Shown here: piece after piece, positions 28,017 through 37,969 of the stretch
How the letters are laid out: each line of letters starts with the position of its first letter
Numbering within the stretch: position 1 is the stretch's first letter
NCBI RefSeq assembly: GCF_000485595.1
Contig: NW_014577065.1
Span: 639,728-690,683 of the forward strand
DNA length: 50,956 nt
DNA from: Priapulus caudatus
Lineage: Eukaryota
Direction of reading: 5' to 3'
Notes under the pieces: model-generated
The model's input: the letters and a program-made list of their open reading frames with translations, nothing else
Database searches by the model: none
Told to the model about the DNA's origin: nothing
Made by a program: the position numbers and the translations under genes

Positions 28017-28246
28017 ATTCCTGCATGAATCGACCGCAGACGCAGTTAGGGAAAACCTACACACCGCTACTCTGGGTCCGCGGTATGTCTGCGTAGAGGC
28101 CGCTGTTCCTGACACGCATCGTTGCTGTCTGCTGATCAGGTTCTCGCCATACTCTAGCGGTGTAGCGTCACCGTCGCCCAGCTTCGTACTCTCTGCGCGT
28201 GTCCGCAATGCTCGCATGCTCGTAGGCGGAAGCGGACAGTGAATGA
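28017..28246 (-). CDS. Sushi/CCP exon 3 of the selectin-like gene (noisy)
   Basis: After ttttctggcag| (phase 1): IHCPLPPT...PLEYGENL...RCVSG...VAVC...DSCR, four Cys with Sushi spacing. W not visible and donor weak. Confidence 0.55.
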
Positions 28247-28562
28247 CTGCCAGAAAACTTTATTTACTTAGAAATACTGTAATATATATATTATATATTA
28301 TATATTATATATATATATAATATATAATATATTATATGTATATTATTTTATATATGTATATGATGTAAATACGATATACGTAACAGGTATAATACGATAA
28401 TAGTATTAGTATGACACTACACACACACACGCACACACGACGCACGACGACACACACGCATTGCACGCACGCACGCACAGACAATCACAAACACACACAC
28501 ACACGCACACACACATACCAACATATACACCACGCACGCCACACACAGCACGACTTACTCAC

Positions 28563-28802
28563 GTGGCACGGCTGTAAGCGAGCCCCACATGTCCCCCCGC
28601 CCGCATCTGTATACTGCGCTCGTTCTTGGTGTCGTCGCTGGCACTGTGATATCCACAACTCTGGATACACTTCGCGTACGTCCAGCTCGTCTTCAGTACA
28701 CAGGTCCTGCATGTCGACGCATGAACACGCACCTGCTGGTTGTCGACGCATGCGCAAGTCTCAGTACCATCAACGCAGCTGGTAGAGGTGGCACGCGTAT
28801 AC
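28563..28802 (-). CDS. Sushi/CCP exon 2 of the selectin-like gene (frameshifted as assembled)
   Basis: tctctcag| ... |gtgagt. Fragments PPLP, LAHAS, EDEL, KCIQ-GYH, ERSIQ, GG, QPCH appear across frames. Confidence 0.6.
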
Positions 28803-28805
28803 CTG

Positions 28806-29460
28806 AGAGAGAGAGAGAAAGAGGAGAGAGAGAGAGTGGGAGAGAGAGAGAGTGGGGATGCAGAGAGAGAGAGATGAGAGAGACGAATTTGAGAGAGAGA
28901 AGACGAGAGAGGAGTGGGAGGAGAAAGAGTGGGAGAGAAAGACGTGAAGGGAGACGAGAAACGAGAGGGAGAGAGAGAGAGAGTGAAGAAAGAGTGTGGG
29001 TGAGAAGAGAGAGAGAGAGGGAGGCCAGAGAGAGAAAGAGAGATGACAGAGAGACAGAGAGAAAGAGAGAGAAGAGAGAGGGAAGGCAGAGCAGAGAAGA
29101 TGAGAGAACGAGCAGAGAGACAGAGATGAGAGAGCAGAGAGAGAAGAGGAGAAGAGAGAGAGAGAATATGAGAGAGAGACGAGAGAGGAGAGAGAGAGAG
29201 ATGAGACCGCCCCAGAGCGATGTAGAGAGCAGCAGAGAGAGAACAGAGAAAGAGAAAGAGAGTAAGCTGGAGAGCGAGAAGAAAAAGAGAAAGACAAAGA
29301 ATTGAGTGAGAAAATTGAGACACGTGACGCGAGATGGAGTGAGAGTGAGAGAGATGAGTGAGTGCGAGAGGAGTGAGTGAGTGCGAGATGAGTGGATGAG
29401 TGAGGTGATGAGTGAGAGAGCGAGTTGTAAGAGAGAGATGTCACACAGAGAGACAGAAAG
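28806..29460. repeat. Degenerate (GA)n polypurine tract (intronic)
   Basis: Source of the ERER/SLSL pseudo-ORFs. Confidence 0.9.
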
Positions 29461-29514
29461 GGCAGAAGAGCAGCTCTGCTCATCCTCCTTAACCCTGTTA
29501 TCAATTATACTTAC

Positions 29515-29718
29515 GTTCGCAGTCTGTGCACTGCGGTCCAAATTAACAGTTTCGTATGTCCGATGTGCACTTGCACCAACTTTTCACTTGCGCTTGTTCT
29601 GGCTTTCGTAGTCCGCGTGTATGCACTTGTATGTGTACGCGATTATTATAATTGTTCTCGGAGGATGTTGTCTCGACGTTAGCGACACTGGCCTGTGATT
29701 CTGAAAGACACTGCCGAA
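29515..29718 (-). CDS. Sushi/CCP exon 1 of the selectin-like gene (frameshifted as assembled)
   Basis: After caattcag| (phase 1): RQCLSESQASVANVETTSSENNYNNRV / TYKCIH-YE / KCTSD / WTAVH-DCE|gtaagt. It ends TGC GAA C|GT exactly like the 25716 Sushi exon. Confidence 0.7.
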
Positions 29719-30217
29719 CTGAATTGCAATGACACAAATTCCCGCTATTAGCGGCCAGCGGAGCAGTACAGGAGCGATGCAAGATGGCCAGCTTGACTTA
29801 ACTTCACTTGACAAAGTGACGTTAACCAGAGTATATGTGCAGCGCACCTCTACCGCTTTTGATTTTACGGAAACGACAATTCGCGGAGCTAAAGTATATA
29901 AGACAGTGTAAGATTAAAAATGTGTAGTTTGGTCGGTGGTGGATAGCTGCGTGTGGTGTGGTGGGGCGATTCTATTGAGCGTTAGTGTTAATAATGACGA
30001 CCCGGGCTACACTGTTTATCATAAGTAGCTCCCGCCAACGTTGTGTTACCAAAAAGCGTCACTAAAAACACTTTACACAGCTGCCATCAATATTTTACTG
30101 ACAGTACCTCAGTGATGTACTAAAATTATTGAACCGCATGTTTGTTAAAACACCGGGTACGAATGTGCGCGAAGCGCGTTTGTTAAGAGTGAATAACTTT
30201 CGTTGCAAGCTCCTTAC

Positions 30218-30361
30218 TTATTTCACACCTCTCTCCCTCGTATCCGGTTCCGATGCAGTCACAAGGTAGTTGAGTTGATCGGTGTTACGAGGGTAAGGGA
30301 ACACACGTCCGTGCCTTGCACGGGAATGCCTAGCAATGGGGTACTTCGCTACATTATTGAC
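30218..30361 (-). CDS. EGF-like domain exon (5' part frameshifted)
   Basis: In-frame CDCIGTGYEGERCEI then A|gtaagg (phase 1). Upstream fragments VPHC, AFPCK, HG, DQLNY. The 5' boundary is approximate. Confidence 0.72.
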   Translation of the reverse strand, partial: VNNVAKYPIARHSRARHGRVFPYPRNTDQLNYLVTASEPDTRERGVK

Positions 30362-30917
30362 CTGTGTCGCGGAGAAATTCTTTCATTAAGCTTTAGCCAT
30401 CCTATGTTCAGTGTAATAGTAGTAGTTAATAATGTGTATAGATGTTTTGTTCTTATTTATATTGTGATTGTATTATTCTATACCTATCGTACTTATGCTA
30501 TTTACTTGCATAATTCTCATTACTTGGCCGAAAAATATACATCTCGGAGCGTTATAAGTGTGTTGTGTGGGTGTGTTTCTACCTTGATGTACAGTTAACC
30601 ACAATTCCCAACAAAATGTTGCAATAGCTAAATGATGCTGTTACTACACGCAGGAATTTCTGAATGTATTATTCTCAGTTAAATAATTGTTAATGGATGT
30701 GGAGTACGACCGCACACCACATCACACACACACCACACACACACACACGACACACCACACTAACACACACGCCACGCAATCGCACACGCACACGCACACG
30801 CACACGCCACACGCGACACGCACCGCCACGCACACGCACACGCACCACGCACAGCACAACGCACACGCACACACACTTACACACACATCACATATATAAT
30901 ATATATTACATTTTTAC

Positions 30918-31127
30918 TAAGTGATTTCTCGCACATTCATGCCATACGAATCTTATCTTTCCAGATATCTATCAGTTCGTTGCCTCTGTGCGTCTATGCC
31001 TTTTTTTGGACTAAAGTCGCAGTGCTTCCCGCATGCCTTATAAATCAGGGGGTGTTCGTCGACCCACGCAAAGATTCTTATCTTATCTGCTGCTTATCCG
31101 ATCCAAAATGCACTTCTCAATTTCATT
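30918..31127 (-). CDS. C-type lectin domain, second exon (indels as assembled)
   Basis: After gttacag| (phase 2): MKLRSAFWIG, then FAWVD-PLIYKA, IWKD, MCEKSL|gtaaaa. These match the WIG, WxD and WxD...CEK CTLD hallmarks, and the phase fits the previous exon. Confidence 0.72.
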
Positions 31128-31582
31128 CTGTAACGACGTGTAATATATGAATGAACTAAATGCCATGAATAAATAAATAAATAAATAAATGAATACATTA
31201 TCATACACACAAAGCCGCGTAATTAGTAATAATATAGTACTATATGTCGAATATTCACACACATCACAACACACACACCACACGACACCACACACACACA
31301 CAACACACATCACACACCACGCAGACGCACGGCACGCACGCACACGCACGCACACGCACGCACATCACACACCACAACCACGCACGCACGCACTCACGCC
31401 ACGCACGCCGCACGCACGCTACGCCACGCATCGCACATACACGCACTCAAGCACGCACTGCGCGCGCGCACGCAACACGCGTCATAACGGTTAAGAATAA
31501 CTTGATTTAACTCATAGTATAACGTGTAGAAAAACACACACACACACACACAAACAATACCACTCACACCACACACACACAT

Positions 31583-31627
<45 letters not shown>

Positions 31628-31728
31628 GCACACACACGCATGCACGCACGGCATCGCACGCACGCACACACCACACACACAGACACGCACACACACACAC
31701 TACTGTGAATATTAGTTGGAATACGAAC

Positions 31729-31909
31729 ACGATGTCCACGATAAAGAGATGATCCGCCTCTGACGGGTACGTCGCGAAGTTTGAAGGGCCAAACTTCGTA
31801 TTGCAATGTTCAGTACATTGACCCCAGCGCCTCGGCGAGTTGTCGTAGCGGTAAAACACCGGCGTCGCCACACCCGCTCCGTCAAAGTACTTCCAGTTCA
31901 CGCATTCAC
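31729..31909 (-). CDS. C-type lectin domain, first exon (intact)
   Basis: After ttttctttcag| (phase 1): ECVNWKYFDGAGVATPVFYRYDNSPRRWGQCTEHCNTKFGPSNFATYPSEADHLFIVDI, matching the CTLD N-half pattern C..W..F...Y....W......C....A...S.....FI. Probable phase-2 donor GT|gttcgt. Confidence 0.8.
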
Positions 31910-32619
31910 CTGAAAGAAAAGCGAGAGCCCGCGTTTTTTACGGTTACTATTACGCGTTGTATTATTACTATTACGTATAATTGCTAGTACGTAATAATAG
32001 TACGTACTATTGCTATTACTACTACGCCTGAAGACACGCGTCGCCATGGACAGCCGACGTTGCTAAGGCGGTCGCGTCTGTTTGGGGGTCGTGTCTACGG
32101 AATGTAGATGATCTATCTCTGCTTCATGTGGGTCCGATGAGATCCTCACTCGGATGCTACTGTTGCACTGCGTTACGTCTTGCTGTGTTAGTAATATGAA
32201 CTGCGAGAGAGAGATAGAGGGGAGAGGAAACAAGGAGAGAGAGAGAGAAGTAGAGAGAGAGAAGAGAGGTAGGAAGAGAGAGAGAGGAGGAGACGAGAAG
32301 AGAGAGAGGACGAGAGAGACAGAGGAGAGAGAAGAGGAAGAGAGGGAGGGAGGGATGAGGAATAGAGAGAGGGAGAGGGGATATGAAAGAGAAAAAAAAA
32401 GAGAGAGAGGGAGTAGAGGGACTAGAGAGAGAATCAAGAGAGAGCAGAAAAAGCGAAAAGAACGTATAATAAGAGCGAACGGGCGTGATATGAGCAGAGA
32501 AGAAGAAGGAGAGAGAAGACAGACAAAGAGGAGAGAGAGAGACGATCTGAGAGCAGAGAGAGAGAGAGAGAGAAGAAGAGGAGAGGACAGACAGACAAAG
32601 AGAGAGGACAGACAGACAA

Positions 32620-32817
32620 ATGTCCTGGTGGGTAATTGTTCTGGTGGGTAATTGTCCTGGTGGGTAATGTTCCTGGTGGGTAATTGTCCTGGTGGGTAAT
32701 TGTCCTGGTGGGTGATCGTCCTGGTGGGTAATCGTCCGGGTGGGTAATTGTCCTGGTGGGTAATTGTCCGGGGGGTAATTGTCCGGTGGGTAATTGTCCA
32801 GTGGGTAGTTGTCCGGA
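32620..32817 (+). repeat. 15-16-bp minisatellite (GGGTAATTGTCCTGGT)n, copy 2, preceded by a GA-rich tract (32205-32618)
   Basis: Same unit and same terminal gggtagttgtcc as 27507-27712. Confidence 0.92.
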
Positions 32818-33229
32818 TACGGATAGACACGTGTATTATAGATAGGTATTTTTAAAGCAATTACTGACTCTAAATACATCCAAGGAGATGAATATAATTA
32901 TAGTTGTAATCATATTCCCAACGCAGGCAAATCCTTTCCTGGTCGGATTAAATAGATTAAATATTACGTTTCTGTTTTAGAAGAATGTTGCAACAAAAAA
33001 AGTTAAATCACGTATAAATATTTATTACTCGGTGTGTAATTTGCTGTTCAGTTTTTCGGTAATATATAGCGAGTTCATTGATTAGCCAAGTATCAAAATA
33101 CGCCGCACAGATCAAGATCCATGAAGCTATTCATTATTTTGATGTGGTTTTACTAGGAGCACCTGACGCCAGTATTCAACTCTGTACTTTTTGCTCTGAT
33201 ATCGTTTCCTACATACATACAGTGACATT

Positions 33230-33640
33230 ACATACATGTACGAACGCATGTACGCACTCACACACGCAAGCACGCACACACGAACGCACGCACACACGAA
33301 CGCACGCACACACGTAAGTACGCATCGACGTACGCATGGACGTTGGTACACGTACGCATAACCGCAGGTATGCACGCATGTACGCGCGCACACACGCACG
33401 TACGCGCGCATGCACGTACTCACGCATGCACGTACGCACGTACGCACACACGCACGTACGTACACACGTACGCACGCACGTACGCACGCACATACACACG
33501 CACGTACGCGCGCACGCACGCACGCATACACGCACGCACGCATACACGCACGCATACACGCACGTACACACGTACGTATGCACGCGCATGATCGCACGCC
33601 CACACGCAAACACAAACGGTACACGCAATCCGTACGCGCA
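33230..33640. repeat. (CACG/TACG/CATG)-type degenerate tetranucleotide repeat
   Basis: cacgcacgtacgcacg alternating purine-pyrimidine tract. Confidence 0.88.
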
Positions 33641-33788
33641 TATTACTAACAAAGAGACGACGTTTAAAAAAAAGGACCCGTCTATTCTATCAATTTTTTT
33701 TCTAAAACTAAACTATGCATAAGCGCCATGCACGCGGCCTTGTGTTTATTCGCTAGGCCAGCGTTTTCTTAAGCCTAGGACACACTGC

Positions 33789-33950
33789 GCGATTTTCTAC
33801 GCTGGCCGCTTCCGATCGATAAATACGGTACCGGGTCCGCGCGGTGTGTCCGGTCTCACGGCAGCGTAGTTGAATATTTCCGCCCGGTTTTTCGACCCGG
33901 CACCGTATTTATCGATCGGCGGATCGCAAGTGGCCAGCGTAGAAAATCGC
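33789..33950. mobile_element. Palindromic MITE-like element 1
   Basis: gcgattttctacgctggcc..ccgatcgataaatacggt.ccgggtc (33789-33837) is mirrored at 33894-33950. Confidence 0.75.
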
Positions 33951-33964
33951 ACACGCTCTTGATA

Positions 33965-34183
33965 ATAATTATACGCTCTCCTATGACACTATTTGTCATA
34001 GGAAGATTCTTCATATGACAAATATTGGCGAGTCAACTTCGTTCCGCTTTACAGCTGAAATTCACTGCTTGCGTTCATAATAGCGCTCCTAAACTCCTAT
34101 GATGCGCACAACACATGCAACAATATTTGTCATAGGAAGAATCTTCCTATGACAAATAGTGTCATAGGAAAGCGTATAATTAT
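33965..34183. mobile_element. Palindromic MITE-like element 2 with 63-bp arms
   Basis: 33965-34027 is the near-perfect reverse complement of 34121-34183. The arms contain nested tatgaca/tgtcata palindromes. Confidence 0.78.
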
Positions 34184-34300
34184 GCGCATGTCGTATTTGT
34201 CATAGATGCTAGCAAAACAGGCTGGATTGTCACATGAAACGCCACTCAGAGATATTTATTTGAGCGCTGTCGCGATCTCTTCCCTCCTATACCTACGCGC

Positions 34301-34675
34301 ACAGGCACTTGGAACGTCTCAATAAAAAAAGGTAAATAAACACGAAATGTATTTACTACCAAAGTCTTAATGTTTCTCTACTCTATTTCGCCTATAATCA
34401 CCTGTAAATGCCGGTCAAATGCTCATCTGCAACACACAAGTACACCGCACGCTAGCTGCTGCACACAGACACATAAATATATTATAGTCATGAATATATA
34501 TTTATGTGTCAGTGTGCAGCAGCTAGCGTGTTGCAGATGAGCATTTGGACGGCATTTACAGCAAATTGACGCCAATAATAGGTGAAAGCGAGTAGAGAAA
34601 CATTAAGACTTTGGTAGTAAATAGATTTCGTATTTATTTAGCATTATATTTTATTGAAACGCTCCAAGTGCCTGT
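34301..34675. mobile_element. ~375-bp foldback element with a flanking 9-bp direct repeat
   Basis: acaggcacttgg...ccaagtgcctgt with arms pairing almost to the centre (~34487). TACCTACGC occurs at 34290-34298 and 34675-34683. Confidence 0.8.
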
Positions 34676-35463
34676 ACCTACGCCCACCATCTATCCTGTC
34701 CCTTTCCTCCGCTCCTCCTACCTGCTCTTCTAGCTTCACCTCTCGTTTACCCACATTACCATTCACCAAGTTTCCTTCATCTTTCTATACCACCAACCTT
34801 CTCACCTACTTCGCCTATACCCGTTACCTACCTTCACTGACTTCATCCCTGTCATTTTCCTTATCACCCATAACTTCCCAGTTTCTACCCCTTCATTTCA
34901 CTTCTACTTTTGCCCTAGCTTTCATACCGAGCAGTTTCTTTTATATATTGCTTGCGCATGAATGCATGGTGCTTTTAAAGTGGCATTTTTTAACTGGATG
35001 ACTCTTAATTAGAACAGTAGAGAAAGCCAGACACCTACTTATAATTATAATAGTCTTGATATGAATGAATATGAATAATAATGAATAAGATTGACATTTT
35101 ACGCAAGAAGCCCGTATTACAGTTTCATACCACAGTATCCGATGAAACAAATAGTATCTGGCAAAATTATTTATATACATATAAGGGGCAAACGCTTCAC
35201 ACGTTGTCAAGTGCGGCAGTACATACACGTACACCAACATGTGAACCACGTTTCATTTGAGGTCATAACGGCCCCAATCACCACTAAGAGAACAAATTGC
35301 CGCAATGTACGCGTATGTGTGTGTGCGCGCGTGTGTGCAATCTGTCGACATAGTCGTCTACGTCACTTCATAATTAAATACCCGTCCAATCGTTCGCTAT
35401 TCACCCATTCAACTAAAGTACCCAAATACAACAAGACGAGTCAAATTCACTGTTGTTTTTACA

Positions 35464-35469
35464 TTTATT
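35464..35469 (-). terminator. Candidate polyadenylation signal (AATAAA) for CaMKII
   Basis: Plus-strand TTTATT; on the minus strand it is followed ~25 nt later by GU-rich tcttgttgtatttggg. Confidence 0.4.
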
Positions 35470-36501
35470 CAGTTCAATAAATGAAATATAACTTAGGTAT
35501 ATACGAATAAAATTGTAAAAGCACAACTATATGACTATATATATTAATTCAACAGTGCGGGCGCCCCGACTTCACAAGGGTCTACGCGTGATATGTTACC
35601 CATATTGTTCAAGATATCTACCATTAACGTCGAATACCGGTACGCTGTTTTTTTGTCTCTCACAAAAGGCATCATCATGATTAATGTGCGCCGCCAGATG
35701 GCTCCGCGTGCGTATCGCTTACGCATTGCTGCATTAACCACCAACGTTGGACATTGTGTCGGATCGGAGAGAAGGAGGAGGAGGAGGAGGAGGAGGAGGA
35801 GGAGGGATGGGTGATGCTGCCGTGTGCGTTGTTGGTACTACATGCAGAGGAGACACGCGGCGCGCGACATCGCGGCCGCCGCAGAATCTGTTTCACTTCA
35901 TGAAGCGAATTGTGATTAATTGCCGACGAGGCGAAGCACGTCACCGGGCGAACAAGCTGTTCGCGATTACGCCTGCTTCACTCTCGCCACCAACGACGAA
36001 CCGCCCGCGAAACAATATGTCGCACAGACACACACACGCGCGCGCACGTACGAACAAACAAACAAACAAGCACGCACGCACGCACGCACGCGCGCACACA
36101 TCATCCGCGTAATATGTCACGTGACACCCGAGCATAAGAAACGCTTACGGGAGGGAGAAAGAGTGGCGGAGAGAGCCAGAGAGGGGGAGAGAGAGAGAGA
36201 GAGAGAGCGCGAGATGACGGGTGGCAGGCCCGCCGTGGTAGAAGGCCCACACAGTCGCCACAGACCACCGCCCAAGAACAGCGCGTGTATATGATACCAG
36301 CATCGTACGGACGTAACTGACACAAATTGAATCGACATTGAATCACTTTTTAATGAAGACAAAGGTGACGGCGCGAAGTTGCCGTCGCCAGTGTGCGCTA
36401 AACCGTCTCAAGAATGTTAAGCGCAAGCACGTGCCCCTGCCTGCACGTCGCTTTAAGACTAATAACGCCACGACACAGCGGGGTGGCGGCGGCAACGGAG
36501 C

Positions 36502-36543
<42 letters not shown>

Positions 36544-37799
36544 GGGAGAGGCGAGAGGCGGAGAGGAGCGCACCTAGTCGAAAGCAAAATTCGACAATTT
36601 CTTTCTTCCTGTGTATCGTACGCGCTGTGCATGCGCAAGAAAACACGCGAATTCACCTAAAATCAATATGTAGTAGGACCCGACTATTCAAACACATCTC
36701 AAAATATAAACTAACATATCTAACGCACTAGTCAATGATTATCGGTCGCCAACGATTACCGGGCGCGAAATACGCCCTATCCGCCGAGAAATACCGGGTC
36801 ACGCCTCTCTGTAATTGGACGCCATGTTTGCGTCAGGTATGCCGGTCATACAGGACAGGTCTGAGCAAACATGGCGGGAACAACCGATGACCTGACGTCA
36901 TTAAATAGGCGACAAAACGCATTAAGAATTACTTGAAAACGTCGATAGAGGCTACGGCGATAGTCCGTACCTGCCATAAATCGACCGCGAATCAACGTGA
37001 AGGGTCCGTGGGTCGGGCGGGTGTAGAGTGAGGGTGGGGTTACGCTAATTAACGTCTACGGAGGGAACAACAGTCGTATCCAGGCAGCTTTGTATATACA
37101 ATCATACACAGTGCTTCACAGTAGCGTTGAGCCATAATTCAATTACATTATTCATGATCAAAGGACAATACTTTAGATTGTTGCGTACGCGCGCCCGCGG
37201 ACACGCAAACTCGCACTCTCCACGTAAATGCTGCAAAACATGCTGCCGTAGGAGAAAACGCCGAGCCAACGAGATCGCCAGCTGCTAATGCGCTCTCGCA
37301 TCGCCAGCGATTCTCGCTCTCTCCATCAGCCACCGTCCTGCCACGCCACCTATAGAATCCATCTCGTAGCGGAAATTCCGCACGCAATAGCGACAAAAAT
37401 TCTCAAAAGCCAAACAACGCGAACGCAACGCCACCTGTAGGCGCTTTTGAAGCGCGACGAAAAAATAGGCGCCGATCGAAAACAGCGCAAACGTGTGACC
37501 TTCCAACACGTGCCAATCGTCAAGCGGTGCCGACGCGCCTACAGGACAGCGCGTGACGTCCGCCGCCGTGCCGACACGCGTCGCGGCGCGCTGACACCGC
37601 AGTCGAATGCCTCCCGAATTGGGAGTAAATTCGCATGGGAATAAATAAGGAATACTCGGCGGCGTTCGGAAATCCCGGCAATCATGACACTCGTGGCCAG
37701 CGCACGCAAACTGCATTCCGACACAACGAACAACAGTCTACCCATGACAGATACCAATGATGAAGATGCGAAGCAAAACCAAAGCATGTAAGGCAGGAG

Positions 37800-37969
<170 letters not shown>

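Noticed and set aside
28559..29611. Long ER-rich and SL-rich ORFs
   Set aside because: Translations of the GA polypurine intron; only the flanking Sushi exon pieces are credible.
28017..31127. Calling the frameshifted lectin/EGF/Sushi exons a pseudogene
   Set aside because: The same indel noise affects the conserved CaMKII last exon and non-coding duplicates, so sequencing error is more likely; not formally excluded.
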